The notes: generated from the letters alone by a model not told the origin. DNA of 64,000 nt from Selaginella moellendorffii (GCF_000143415.4 NW_003314261.1:1227674-1291673), one strand, 5' to 3'; positions 12,101 to 26,329 are shown, numbered from the stretch's first letter. Program-made: numbers and translations.

Positions 12101-15100
12101 TGGATGAAAAGGGACTTGGTAAGGATGAAAGAAGGGATATTAGGGAAAGGTGTTCCCCATATCTTCAGGCATCCTAAGGGTGTTAAGGTGTGATCAAGGG
12201 ATGACCACACATAGATGGATGGCTCAGCCTTTGAGAGACAGGACTGTGATGTGGGTGGTCTTGGACTACCAATGTGACAAGGGTGAATGAGCATGGCCTT
12301 AGCATAACAGGCTAATATGTTAGTGGTAGTTTTGAGTATCGGTCATAGGATCGAACATGTGGAGCACTTGGACCAAATGCAAAGGCTGAATGGCATAGAT
12401 GCCATTTGTGGGGCTAGCATGTCCCCAAGTCAGAAATAAGACTTATAGAGGTCATGAGTGAGACTCTTCCACGTGGTCAAGGTGTGGTTAAGTGACTAAA
12501 GTAGAATGAAAATTTTAGTCACTTACAGGTGGCTTCAATTGCTAAACCGGTTGGAGTTGTTGGTTATATCCATCTGGAGATGGTCGAAGTGCGAAGTTAT
12601 TAGCAAGTGGATGCTCCTGCACATATTGGCTCCTAGACACGTTGGCTCGTAGGGGGTTGAAGCTCTGGATGGAGGTGGTAACACTATTCTGTTGAGTGTG
12701 TGCTAGCCTTGCAATGGTACACCAACAATAGGGTTGTCTTGATGCTATCTTTGTCTGCTAAAGTCTCAATGCCTTAAGTTCCTCGAGAATGGCAGTCTGC
12801 TATTGTTGCTGTTGCAAGAGAGCCAGTTGGTGATGTTCAAAGAGGTCTTTATATTGGTGAAATTATATAACGGTAGAGTCCAATGCTGGTGGCAATCTTT
12901 CTTTTGTGACTTTGAGTGTAGGTTGGCAAGAAACCACTGCGATTGGATGCTCAAGGGGGTGGCTAGATAGAGATTGGGCAGCCTAGAAGACACCTAGAGT
13001 GAGGCAAAACTCTTATTGAACCTCCTCAACATTCTCAAAAGTTGGACGACACTTAGTATGCTTACACTTGAGAAGTTTGCATTGGATGAGCAACTTCAAT
13101 CCCTGGACAAAGGTGGTGATCACGGTCTGTTCTATGATGTCTGAGATCTGGGTGAGGCATAGCTTCTAATGTTGCTTGAACTGCTAGATATACTCGATGA
13201 CAAACTCATGTGGTGCTTGCCAAAAAGAAAAAACCTCAATGTGAAGTTGTTGAAAATCCTTTTCCTATCCAAACATCTTGAGGAAGAGCCTCTTTACCTC
13301 TGTGTATCGCTCCTGCTCTATATCCAAGAGTGACTCTGCCTAAACTCGAGCTTGTTCATGCATCAATTGAAGAAAGTGGTTGTGCTTGCTTGCATTTACT
13401 ATGATTCCATTTGAGTCACAAAAGACCTCAAATTCTATTATATGACTCCATGTTGATGAAGCTCTAGGTGCAAGAAAGGTAAATCCAGACCCCACTGTAG
13501 GATATGGATTGAATTCATCTTTATTGGCTATTGCAAATCGCTAGACAAAGTATTTGCTAGATCTAGAGAATCTTCCTCATCCAAGATGAATTGGTGGAAA
13601 TCAAGCTCTCACTTAAATGTGAAAACTTTCCTCTAAGAGTGGAGATTAGTGCCTTCCAAATTGATCCTCTAGGTGATTGTGAACATGTTATCACTGATAT
13701 AAAATATTCAAATCACCACAAATGCCAAAATATGGTAAATGCTATAAAGTGGATCACCCAATTTAGCAATTTGAATCGTCCCCCAATGCCCTAATCAAAA
13801 CTCACAACCAAAATAAATGGTTATGAATGTCACAAACTCCAAAAATAAAACTCCAAGAGATGTGAAAATGTTGAGATATCTCCAAAAGAAACTAGTGTTG
13901 TGCTTTTTTGCTGAGAACTCCTGCTGTGATGGATGGAATCACCTGGAAAGTGGCTTAATATCGGTCTAAGAAGCTAAGTTATCCTCCTCATATAAAGTTT
14001 TTGCAAAAACTGAGCACAAGATGGAAAAATAACTCTCAAGAAATGAGATCACAAAAGGATTTACAATTCTAATGCAAAAAATTGTGAGAAAAGCAAAAAC
14101 TTTGTGCATTAGAGAGGTATGCAACTTCATTACAGCATTAGAGAAAATGACTTGGATCTGGCTCAAAACTCCATGAAAATATTGAAGTTATGACTCAAAA
14201 GAAAGAGCAGAGCAAGGCGCACACGATGGTATAAATGACAATGAAAATGGACTTTAGATGCTCGAGAAATTAACACTCAAATATTGCTATGGCATGAGGA
14301 AGAGAGAAATTAAAACATGATTGGCAAGAAATGATGGAAATGCACAAATTTGGAGATGGGCAGTTTTATCCATGTCTTAAAATTACTCAAAAGCAAGATT
14401 TTACAAGGATGCACAAAATGGAGAGAGTTATCACCATACAAAGCTTCCACACTGAATTGTGTTTGCATGCTGAAAGAAAAACACGTGCATGTCGCGGCTT
14501 CCAATGAATTGGCCTCCTAGAAACTACTCCCCAAATAGCTCTTAGTAAGATCTAAGAACCCATCAAACGAATTGGTACAATCTTTCCCTAAGATTCAAAC
14601 TTAGAGTGAAAAACAATAGGAAGAGGAATAAAAACAAAAACAAAAATGGCTAGAATTCCTTTATCTCTCCATTAAATCACAAGAGCTTATACTCGTTGGA
14701 AAGAGAAGTTTGAGATCTACACACCCAAAGAAAGAGCACCTCAAATGGATCAAAGATAAGGGAGAAAATCTAACTGAAAACTCGTGCTATATGCCATAGC
14801 TTCAAGAAGATGAAGTTTCACTCCCACACTCAAAGATCTCTCCATGGTGGTAATTCCTACTGCACCTAGCTTATCCCTTTTTAGGATTGCCACTCCAAAC
14901 CCTTGTGGATCTTCTCCATCACTCCAAAAATGCTCTAGAAAGAAAGAAGGTAGGGTTTATGCTATGTTCACTATATTAAGGTGTGACACCTCCATCCTCC
15001 TCTTTGTGGCTCTGCTCACATTCTAAGCTCTTTCTTTATGCTCTAGCTCAAGACACAAAGCGCAAAACCCTTGATATTTCACCTTCACAAGGTTTTTATA

Positions 15101-15240
15101 CAAATATTTAGAATATTCCAGGAATTAAAATATTCCCTCTCTCTCTAGATGTCTATAGCTGCAATAGTAGGAATAGGAGTAGGATCATATTTTGAGAATC
15201 AAAATATTCTCTCTCTCTCTCTCAACCTATGGTTGTAATA
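9200..15240 (-). mobile_element. Highly degenerate LTR-retroelement internal region (gag-like remnants), interrupted by the solo LTR at 10899-12527
   Basis: Minus-strand zinc-knuckle remnant at ~12680-12730 resembles WCTHC at ~60815. Leader-like block 15060-15240 is repeated at 8935-9150. Boundaries approximate. Confidence 0.4.
10899..12527 (+). mobile_element. Solo LTR of family A (1629 bp)
   Basis: TGTGAGACAC...ACTTACA termini; reverse complement of the LTRs at 1-1655 and 5737-6343; perfect 5-bp TSD GGTGG (10894-10898 and 12528-12532). Confidence 0.95.
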
Positions 15241-15679
15241 GTCCTTCCTTGGCCTCTTTTCGTTCTCCACCAAAACTTAACATTATCTGCTAAGTATGGT
15301 TTTGCACACGGGACATTTTCTAAGCTTGGTAACTACAATGCTCAGAAGTAATCCTCTGTATCATAAAATTACTCCTTCATCACTTTATAGTCATTCACTC
15401 CCTTGAAAATTGGTGGGGGTTTTGGTTTGTACTTAGGAATTGTTTGGGGGATTGATTTTACTTTGGTTTGTTTGACTTTGTTCTGTCCTACCTCAATCCC
15501 CACCGAAACATCCATGAGTTCTATGCTACTAGCATCTGCAGTCTTTTGTTTTTTTTTTTATTTCTCCCTACACTTTAGCTTTGTAGTGCACCTGAATTTA
15601 GAGCCAAACTCCAAGCCTATTGCACTACGAAACAAGGGTCCAGTACAATCCCACAAGCATCAGCTCTTTATATCTAGCA

Positions 15680-17530
15680 CTTGCACGGAAAATGGTGTCA
15701 GATGTTTTCTAGCACAATTTTGGCATACTGGTGGCCTAACACGAGGAGGAGGGTACTCCACCAACTAAAATAGCATGGAACTTGGGTTTAGACCCAAGTT
15801 CGATGCAAAACAAGGAGTGATATAGCCCAATGGGAGTTAAAGTAATATCTCAAAGGGTCAAAAAGGCATTTTAACCATTATCCCTATTAAACATTGGGAC
15901 CCATAACCCCCCCCCCCCCCCCCCTGATGAATACACACTTTGGGCTTTCACCCCAAGCCACCCTTAGTACCAAAAGTTAGTCTCTAAGACAAGCTCGAAA
16001 CTTACTAAATATGGGATTGCGATTTTGGACATAAGACAAACACCATTGTGTTCAGGACAATCTCTACATTCTGTAGATATGCCAAATGAGTAAATCTAGA
16101 CACTTTCCATAAATAACATTTGGGGCCAAAATGAGACTAACACAAAAAGCAAGATAGCGAGGGTGTTTGGTATACAAGGTAAGCTATCATCTAATGATAT
16201 TGAGGGACTAAACTCAATATCAAGAAGGTTCCCAACACTAGCAAGTGTAAGTCAACAAATGAGTTTCTCTAACCAGGTCAAGTATGTTTAACAAATAGCA
16301 TTTAGGAACTTTATCTTTATGCTCATCTAGTCAAGTGCATACACGATGACCAGTTTCTTAACTAACTTGGGTGGAGACCATAAAAAGAACTAGCAGTACC
16401 AACCTTTTATCGTTGTGGCAATAAGGAAAGAGTGTTTATAAAGACTGGCTGACAAGTATCTTTCGATACCCGAAGTCACATTTGCGATAAGCTTGTATAC
16501 AAGGGTCTCTAATAATGTATTAGTCTATGCTACTTGTCCTTCCAGAGCATCCAATGGAGCATTGGACAACTAAATCTTGCCACTAAACTCCTGTTTAGAA
16601 GTCCCCTCATTAGAGTCCTCCTCATTTAGGGATTACACAACTTCCAATTTAGGGATTACTGGATCCACAACTTCTTGTTCGACTGAAGGTTCCATCTTTG
16701 GAAAGGATTTTATCTCTGCCTTGGTGTGCTTATGCCCTACCTTAGCCATCTCCTAGTAATCCACCTCTATTCTTCATTAGAACTAAGGAAAAGGCTCCAA
16801 AACCAAATTGTAAGCCACAAATTTTCTTTTGCCAATTTGTTAGTTTACCTTGTCTATTTAACCATCTTGGTATTAGCCTTTGCTTAGTTTTCTTGCCAAG
16901 GTTCTCACCTATTCTACCAACTCTGACTTGGTCCTACTTAAGTTCAATTACTTACTATATGAGCAATAGAGAATTAACCAGCTCTTCATCTCAAACTCTC
17001 TCCCAATCCCTCTCCCTAAGTTAGATTGGATTTAAGGTTTGGCTATACTCTTTGTAAGCATAAGTAGCCAAGCACACTAAACCTCTAGGTTCCTAGCATC
17101 TCATGGTACACAAGGCTTGATCATGGGACCTTCTAAATCACAAGCCTTGGGTGCAACTCTTAGTTCGAGATGCTTGGGAAAACATCATAGCTTAATGGTT
17201 TGGTATAGGTACCTCAACTCCTTACTTCCATTCTGAAGGGAAGGCTCAAGCTCAGTCTCAGACTTGGTCTCAAACTTGATCTTGGATCTTAGACTTGGTC
17301 TTAAACTTGATCTCGAATCTCTCAAACTTGATCTCAGATCTTAGACTCAATCTCGAACTCGATCTTGGATTCGGTCTTGGACTCGATCTCGGACTCGGTC
17401 TTAAACTTGGTCTCAGATTCAGTCTCAGACTCGATCTCAAATCAGTCTCATTTGATAAACTTTTTATTGTTTCGGTCGTGGTTTTGGGGATCCTTTAGCC
17501 TACGATACCTCGGGGAGTTGGTTCCTTACG
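15680..17530 (-). mobile_element. Chimeric/deleted LTR element fragments (family B-like LTR piece, poly-C PPT, internal piece, decayed PBS, family A-like LTR)
   Basis: 15700-15810 is the reverse complement of 20040-20160. Poly-C at 15907-15924. 15925-16200 is the reverse complement of 19610-19890. Decayed PBS ggctccaaaacca ~16793-16805 precedes tgtaag at 16809. Confidence 0.6.
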
Positions 17531-18720
17531 AAAGCACTATACATCATTTACACACTTTGGAGTAAAAAATTTCAAAACAGCCATAAGTTTGTAAAGATTA
17601 ATTTATAAACCCTTATGAGAAATAAGATAAGTCTTATCTTTTGACCCAACCACCCACTTTAACCACTTTAGTTTTAAACCAACTTCTCATAAGCAATCAA
17701 ACATCTTATAAATATCACATATGTGCTCCTTCTATATCCCCTTCAAATATCAAGATATCATAGATGAAGTGATGGATATCTTAGACTTTTGGTATATCAC
17801 AAAGAACCTCATTTATCATCTTCTAGAAATGTGCCGAAACAGTTCAAACTAATATCAAAAGCATTTACAAACAAGGTAAAAGTCGAGTGTAGTTAAGATA
17901 TACCAAACTAAAAAAGTCATGAACACTTCTTTGAGATCCACAAATGCTTGCTCATTGTCCTCAAACAAGATGGAAGACAATATTGATAACTTTAACAATA
18001 CTTACAATAGTGTAATATAATTAGAAATATAATTAACAAAGTGATTCAAATATTGTACTTTGCAAAGAGAGCACTACACATCATTCATACACTTTAGAGT
18101 AGAGAATTTTATAATAGCCATAAGTTTGTAAAAACTAACTTGCAAACTCTTGTGAGAAATGTGATATTCAAAGATAAATCTTATCCTTAGACCCAAACAC
18201 CCACTTTAACCACTTCAACTTCAAATTAACTTCTTGCAAGAAATCCAACATCTTGTGGATATTATATACATGCTCCTTCCACGTCCCTTTCAAGTGGATC
18301 AAGATATCATGGATGAAGGTGGTAGCCACCTTTAGAACCTTTTATATTTTCTTTTGGAAAGGTGCTAAAGCATTGTTTAAACAAAATGGGTATCACCAAG
18401 AATTTATACATATCAAATGATATATAGAAAGTAGTTTTTAAAACATCCTTTTCGACCATTGATATTCACTAGTATCTAGAAGTAAAATTGAACTTGGTGC
18501 CAACAAATTCTCCCTAGACGATGTAAAATATTGGTAGTATGAGGAAGCGTGTATATATTTAGGATAGTCACAATATTTAATGGACATTAATAAATGCAAA
18601 ATCAAATATTTTTATCAAACTTCATTACAAGATGAGATTTATATGCCCAAGGACTTTAAACTTTTTGGATAATACCCTTCTCCAACATTTCTTTGACATT
18701 TACACATAAGATTTTAATCT
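17530..18720 (-). mobile_element. Ty3/gypsy reverse transcriptase remnant with a ~540-bp tandem duplication
   Basis: Minus strand reads VKEMLEKGIIQ..SPWA...KTTF...FLVIP...NA and an FIHDILIH (YxDD-derived) motif; 17535-17830 is repeated at 18070-18360. Confidence 0.7.
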
Positions 18721-19589
18721 CTTTTGGTGACTAATGCTAAATAAAAAACTTAATTAGACAAGCTTCCCTAGTTGGAATAAAATGACACGTTGTAATTTTG
18801 GCCCTAAATGATAGGTCAAAGTTAAAGAGATTATTATACTCCTTTTTTAGCCAATCAATAGCTATAATACAAAGACTGTCTAAGGGATATAAAAAGGGAA
18901 TGAAAAAGTAAGAAGGAAACACAATGGGAGGTAATAGAGAGACAATGATGCTAAAGCCTAAACCCAAGAAATGGAGGAGCCAATTTTGAAAACACTAATA
19001 ATGTTGATATGTGTAGCTAACTTTATTACACATCCAACAATAAACATCATAGCCATGATCATATCCTCACTTTTATTCTTGAATATAGGCAGCAATAGTA
19101 GTATTAATCTCTATCAAAATAATATTATCTTTCATGGGAAAGTATATGTAATTATAAGTAGGAGAGATGATGTTTTATAGTGTTGTGCCAATTAAAGAAC
19201 ATCATCAAGGGTGGCTTAAACAAGTGCATGTACAAGTCCCATAAAATCTTAATAAAGTGCTATCCACAACATATGCAACGTAATTTATTCTAACATATTT
19301 GGTTATGCATATGTCGCACATGTGATTGTGGATATTGAAAGTTACCTGTCGGCTAGTCCTTTCAAATATTTTTTTCTTACTGCCACGATGACAGGAGGTT
19401 GGTATTGTTGGACCCTTTATCAATTCCTCTTATTCAAGTGTTAGCAAACTGGGCTTAGCATCTGTACTTAGCTAAATGAGCATAAGGAAGGAATTCCTAA
19501 GTGTCTATTTAGCTAAGCATACTTGACTTAGCTTGTTAGTTCTCTTTTGCTTTATCTTGCATTAACTTGACAAAAACCCTCGCATATTA

Positions 19590-19895
19590 AGACTAGTCCC
19601 TCCATATTGCCGGATGATAGCTTACCATGTCTGCCAAACACCTTTGCTATTATGCCCTTTGTGTTAGTCTCATTTCAGTCCTAAATACTATTTATAGAAA
19701 GTGTCTAGATTTGCTCATTTGGCATATCTATGCAATGTAAAGATGGACCTGAACACAATGGTGTTCATCCCATATGCAAATTCACAATCTAAAGACATTC
19801 CATATTTAATAAGTTTAGAGCTTGTCCTAGAGACTAACTCCTGATACTAAGAGAGGCTTTGGGTTTCAGTTAAGAGAAGTGTGTGTTCCTCAAGA

Positions 19896-19926
<31 letters not shown>

Positions 19927-20467
19927 GCGGGGGGGTTGTGGACAGTTCTAAATGTATAGTATAGATAGTAGGTAGGTCAGGCATGGCTGACCAACCTGAG
20001 GCATAGTCTAACTCCCACTTGCGTGCCTGTCCTTGTTCTACGTTTGGCTTGGGTCTAAGCCCAAGTTCCATACCATGCTAGTTGGTGGAGTACCCATATT
20101 GTCGCGTTAGGCCACCGGTATGCTGAAATAGTGCCAAACTCCATTTGGCTCTGTTTTGCATACTGATCCTAGCATTGGGATGCTGGATGCTCTAGGACTA
20201 TTCCAAGTTGCTTCGTGCTTCTGTCTCTTTGCTCTTTGGGCTGTATACTTGGGAATTGCTCCGTTGTTCAGTTCCATTGCTCTTGGGCTCTATGCTTAAG
20301 AGTTTAGCTTTGTTCTTTCATTTAGTGGCCCAAGGCCCTAAAACTCGGGTTCCACACCACTGTCTTTTGGACACGTGGCATATATCACATGGCATATGGA
20401 GGGTTTAAGTTCCGCTTTGTGGTGTTATTATCACCATAGGATAAACAGTAAAAACCACATGCACTAC
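19590..20467 (+). mobile_element. 3' end of family B LTR retroelement (internal remnant, poly-G PPT 19896-19935, LTR 19937-~20467)
   Basis: Long G run directly before TG; LTR is homologous to 6344-6745. Confidence 0.75.
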
Positions 20468-20657
20468 TATTAGGGGAAGGAGGGCACCTCCCCCAACGTT
20501 CACTCAAACACAAGAAATGCTTCAATGCTCTTCACAAAAATGCCCTTCCCCCTTGCCCTTGTGGGATAAGGGTTTTATACAAGGAAGATAGGGAATATTT
20601 TGAGGACCAGAATATTCCCTCTCTCTCTCTCACTCTCTCAGTGGGCACGCCCTAATA
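20468..20657 (-). mobile_element. Solo LTR of the gypsy family at 58490
   Basis: Reverse complement of 58490-58684; no TSD seen. Confidence 0.8.
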
Positions 20658-21382
20658 TGTGACCATGGTGGATCGCACTAGCTTTAGATGCGCAAAAACC
20701 CTCCAAAGAGTGTAGAGTGTACCTCTGCTATTAATGCCGAGCATGGACCATACTTGAGCTTACGAGCTAAAGAGTTGAGCTCACAAGTTGAGCTCAATTT
20801 TCAATTGTAATTTAGTACAAACATTATAAACTTTAAAATTTTAAAGTTATGGCGAACTTAATAATTTCATAACTCTCTATATATTATATAGATAAAAATG
20901 TTCTAAAGGACACTTCTTGTTCTAATAATTTAAATATTTACTACATGCAATAATAGAGATGTTTGTTAGAATATAAAATAAAATGTTTGCAAAAAGAGTA
21001 TTCTTGTCACTTCTTTAAATTTGTACTCTGTGCTTTCTAGCTAGTAAATGTCAGGTTTGTCAGAATTTTAAAATTATTAAATTTGAATTAAGATTCTATA
21101 TAAGGCCATATAACCATTTGAAAGGAAAAAAAAACAACTGTGATGGTACATATGCTCTCACAATACATCGTAACATCATACACCCAAAAGACTATCACAA
21201 AATATTTTTTGAGAAGGTAAAGACAAAAATGGAGACTCACAAATACTATGGGTAGTATTGCGAAAAGAACCTCACAAGTATATGAAATGAAAAGTGAAAT
21301 AATATAATATTTTTATTAATTATATAAGGTATAATTAGTTTATATTATTGATAGAGAATAAACATCGATAGTGCTGGAAAAT

Positions 21383-24300
21383 CTAGTTAGCTCCAAAAGT
21401 TTTCTGCAACTCGGCAATAGTAAGGCTTGCTTGGTGTATATGAATATCCATTTTAGGATCGTGGTGCAAGATGTTGATGAAGATGTAGTACATATGCTTG
21501 CAAGGAGCATATGCCTTCCCATGTTCCTCACGCTTCGTAAAGTCTGGACATGTGCAAGAAGGAAAGTCTTGAATGGCAATTGTGTACTCTCCACCTTCTG
21601 TTTTGACTGTGTACTCTGCGAGCGCAGTAATGTACTTCATGGAGAGAATCTCACACTCAAGTGTTTGAGCCAAGTTTATTTTACCTTTGCTTCTGCTTGG
21701 AGACGGTACCAATAAATTTAACTGCTTTACCTTTTTGTGCTAGCCTCCTGTGCATCTCTGTAGGAATAGTCCTGGTTCTGTCACTCATATCTCCAACTCT
21801 CCTCTCAAGATTGAAACTAGATTTCTCAAGGTTTTCAATCTCATCCGAGGTGAGCGCAACCCCATTAGCAACTGGCCATTCTTTAGGTACTGCATTAGGT
21901 TTAGTCACTATAGTGTCTTCAAGCCACTTTGTATGGTTGACATCAGAGTTGCAACAATATAACCAACACCATCTTGAAAATCCTGCTTGCTTTTGTTTCC
22001 CATGGAAACATAGGGCTGGAATAGAAGCAGACTTATCACCACGGATCCAAGCCTGACACTTGCCCCTTGGAAGCATCCCCACACACCTTACATTTGATTT
22101 CGTTGGCACTCGACGGATTGTCCATTGCTTCAGCTCCACACTACGATAAGCAATTTCAACCTACTGTGATGCACTTTCTTCATCAGCCACTTGAGGTGGT
22201 TCGGTTCTGGGGTGATGTCTTGGAGCAGAATGATACTCAACATTAGGCCTGTGAGAGCTTTTTGCTCCAAGATCCATGCCAACATCTTCACCAGCAAAGG
22301 AAAATCGACGCTTTGAGTGGACGGTCTTCATATCACCAATAGAAGCCCGAGGAGTGTACTCCATAAATGTGCCGCGGACCACTTCCTTCACTGCAATTGC
22401 CATTGTTTGTGCTGGTGGAGTCACTTTCTTCTTCATCAGATCGTGTAACATCTCAACCAAAGGTCTTATTCCCATGTATCTTCCTTCCTCAAATGCCAAG
22501 GCTTTTGAAGATTTCTCTACAGTGCATATCAAATTTGATAGACATGCTTCATATAGACTCATCTTCCCTTTCCTTGCCTCAGAGGAAAGCCAGCTCCAAT
22601 GTTTACTCTCTGAGAGATTCACAGTTGGGGTGTATGCAAAATCCTCAAGTGGTTGATCCTTATAAAAAGATGATATTAAAAAGCAATAAAAAGAGAGGAA
22701 AAAAAGAAAAACCAACCTTAAAAGAGTGATGTCCCCATTGGAACTTTCTAACTTCCCACCACCCCAACCACGACTCAAGTTGTGGTAGACAACTTACGTT
22801 AGTATGGCCATCTTCACACCACCACATTCGGATCTCGTTTGCTTTTGCCTCATGCTCTTCTTCAGAAGGTGCAGCCTGCCATTGTTTGCACAACTCCTTA
22901 AATGCTAATTAGAAATCTGGCTTGATAAGGTGGCAGTGCTAGTTTAGGCTCTGAGCCCAATGGAACTCACAAGTCCTCTCACGACCTTCTAGGGGTAGAC
23001 CATTCCCAAAGACTGCCCGGACACCATTCCAATTAGCCCCAGCCCCATCTGCCATGAAACTGTGAAAGTTGGCAAGCTTACCAGTCCACTTCAATACAAT
23101 GTCGGAGAGGGACTTCCAAAATATTTCTTGAGCCATCTGGTTTTGTACTTTAAACTCTGCCGTTGCAATTGTCAAGTTACAACGTAGCCTGTGAAAAGTG
23201 CAATGTTTAAAACCATTTTAAGATAATGAGAAAAAAAACTACCTTAGATCATACACATGAGCTCCCATGGTTGTCCAACCCGCCACCCGCTCCATATGGT
23301 TAAAATGTACCCATGCATTAGCAAGGTCACTCGACCCAGATATATCCATTCGGGAAACAAGATCCACACCAGAGGCAGGGCCCATGGTAGACATTTTGAA
23401 AACGAAGGGGCGCTCTTGCTCACTAACGACTTGATCTGGAAATAAACTCCCATGGATAAACTCATAGGGACAAGTCTGTTTTAGTTCAAGGATTGAGTCT
23501 ATTTTTTATTGGAGTTTCCCCTCTCAAGATTCACACATCCAAGACTTTATCCTAAATAAAACAAAATGTAAGAGAGATATTATTGAAAAGTATGTAATAA
23601 TATTTTCATACCTTCTGAGGCTAGTTGCAGGTTGCACATGTCATAATAACTCCCGCAAGCTAGCCTCATCCAGTTGAGTATTCTTGTAGTTCGGATCAAG
23701 TAAAGTATTTGCGATAAAATCCTTGAGCACTATCTTTTGAACATGCTTTGGAGTTGTAGATGAGTTTCTCACAGTCTCTATCTGCACTGCATCTTTGAAA
23801 TGGTTGACTGAACTCCTTTGTATCCCTTCCTGCATTGGATGTGTGTGCGTGCCAATATGTACTGCAGCTCTACCAACCTCTCCATCCCGTGGAAGAAAAT
23901 AGTACATCTTGGCCCCATAGATGGCACGACACAATGGAGCATTCTTGCAAAACCGACACTTGAATCCAACACCAATGGTGTCATAGATAGGAGGATTGGT
24001 TGTAGATCCTTCAAAAAATGTGGAGTTTTTATCACACTCTCGATTGCATGCTTTATTCACACAATCCAAATACCCACCACAATAAACCATGGATACTGTG
24101 CCTTTGAAATGTTGGAAATGTGTGGTCTTGATCTTGCACCAGTTGTGGACGTCCTGCTTCATCTCCATCCCCTTTCGTTTTCAGCTAACAAGAGGTGGTA
24201 GTTCAAAGAAGATATTGCCATTGTATGTAGATGGGAGCTCGCTAGTAGGCCTATGCAAAAAGGAACGAACATTGATAGAGAGGCGGGAAAACTGGAAAGC

Positions 24301-24450
24301 GTTGCAAACAGCTTGGAATATCAGTGAAGTTGGAGTTTGGAAATTCTTGGCTCGCACTGGACTAACATCTCCACTAGAACTAGAAGAGGAAGAAATGATG
24401 ACAACCGACTTTTGCTTCACATTCACTTTAGTAGGATCACAGCCTCGCAC
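21383..24450 (-). pseudogene. Mutator-like (MULE) transposase with N-terminal GCM/WRKY-type zinc finger and C-terminal SWIM finger; 3 short introns, several stops
   Basis: GCM-like: NWCKIKTT..YCGGYLDCVNKAC..CRFC..GTHTHP. MULE core: WVHF(N)HMERVAGWTTMGAHVYD and FMADGAGANWNGVRAVFG..TCEFHWAQSL. SWIM: CTCPDF..PCKHM. GT-AG introns at ~23552-23611, ~23190-23243 and ~22660-22717. In-frame stops at 24181, 23641 and 22161. Confidence 0.85.
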
Positions 24451-25544
24451 TTTGATTGGAGATCAAAAAACTCGAATCTCTTTCGACTTGGAATGTTGCA
24501 AATCCCAATGTTGTCCACCTTCACCTACACCCGAAAGAAGAAACTCCAATCGTTCAACTACACCAATGTTGTTGCGAATCACAGCTTCTAATGAAATAGA
24601 ATTGAGAGAAAGATCAAAACGTCAGCAAAGAAAACTTTCTGAAATAAGACTTTGGGAGAAAGAAAGCGGTGGGTGATCTTGGTAATGCAAAAGGAAGCCC
24701 TCCATTTTGTTGCCTTTAGGTTTTGGAACTCTGAACTTTTATAACGAAATGTCACCTCACATATGCTATGCCATTATGTGAAAAGATAGGGCAATTTTAT
24801 TCTAGGATCTAACATCGAATAATGTTGTTATAATAAATTCTGTATGAAGTATATAGGACTATGTTGTACAATATTAAAAGTATATATACATTGAATTCAA
24901 AAACATACTCAAATTTATTATATGCACTAACTTTTGGTAGAACGGAAAGAAATATCACCTCAAGCATGTGCCATAATATGAAAGATAGGAATGATTTTAT
25001 TCTAGGATCTACCATCAACCAATTGTTGCCAAATAAATTAAATATTGTACATATTTTCAGTACTTCATTAAAGCTAGAAATCATCACATTCTTTTGAACT
25101 ACCATCTAAATTTAAATATATTCCATCTTTGTACTACCATCTATCACCTATAGTAAATTATCTATATACATTGCTTTGGAAATAACACCTTACGATTTAA
25201 TAATCTTATATTTTCTAACAATTTTGTATTGTGATCAATTCAACACATGTGTCTGTGACATTATTTCACATTATGACATAGTCATATTAGAGCACACCTC
25301 CATTATTAAATTACAATTCAAAAGGACTTTGTCACGTGATCAAATCTAGGGTGGAATAGAAATTGTACAGTGCTAGATTTATTATTTATTGTACAGTGAA
25401 GATTTACTGCATCCACGATGAATGGCTGTGATGAAAGTTAGGTTAGGGTTAGGGCAGCTGCCGGTGTTAGGGTTTTACAGAAAGTAGAGCGGGAGAGCGG
25501 GAACAGAGTGCCGCCAAGAGTAAGTTTTTTCTCCTCCTCCACTC

Positions 25545-26310
25545 CCTCTCCACCCCGCCCAGCACCGCGGTGCCCAGCGCCCCTGCGCCCATGCCACGCG
25601 CAGCGCCGCCACACCCAGCACTACCGCGTCCACACCACGCCATGCTCAGCACCACCACTGCCCAGGGCTGCCGAGCGCCGCCCACTGCCATGCCACACCC
25701 AGTGCTGTGCTGCCTAGGTTTGCCACTGCCCAGCACCGCCGCTGCCATGCCGCCGCTGCCCAGCATCACCCACGCCACGCCACGCCACGCCACGCCACAC
25801 CAGCGCCGCGCTGCCTAGGGCCACCGCTGCCCAGCACCGCCGCTGCCAAGTGCCTAGGCCGGGCATTTGGCTGGGCACTCCACCTGGGCCGGCCATGGCA
25901 TGCCAGTACGCCAGCAAACCAGTGCCAGAGCAAAATGCCCGTGCCAAGTCCGCGCAGGCCGGCCAAGGCGCTTGGCTGGCAAAGGCGCCAAGTGCTTGTG
26001 CCAAATGCCCACGCTGGGCATTTGGCGCGAGCCAGCCAAGTCTAAGCGCCAAGGCCAACCGCCTGCACACCGGCCTTGGCACTTGGAGGCGGGCTGGTGC
26101 GCGCCAAGTGCTCGGCCTGGGCATTTGGCCCGAGCCGGCCTTGGCACTTGGAGGCGGACCAGCGCCCGTACCAAGCGCCAAGGCCAACCACCCGCGAGCC
26201 TGCCTTGGCGCTTGGAGGTGGGCCGATTTGCTAGTGAACCGGCCCGCCTCCAAGTGCCAAGGCAAGGTTCTCGGGCAGTTGGCCTTGGCGCAAGCCGGCC
26301 AAGGGGAAGC
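25545..26310. repeat. GC-rich array of short direct/inverted motifs (ccaagYgccaagg / ccttggcRcttgg, gcccagcaccgc, cacgc) upstream of the MULE transposase
   Basis: Visible repeats. The block starts after a GTAAGT donor at ~25520, and its 5' flank (25440-25530) is homologous to 37110-37235. Confidence 0.8.
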
Positions 26311-26329
26311 ATCCCTGAATAATGGTGGA

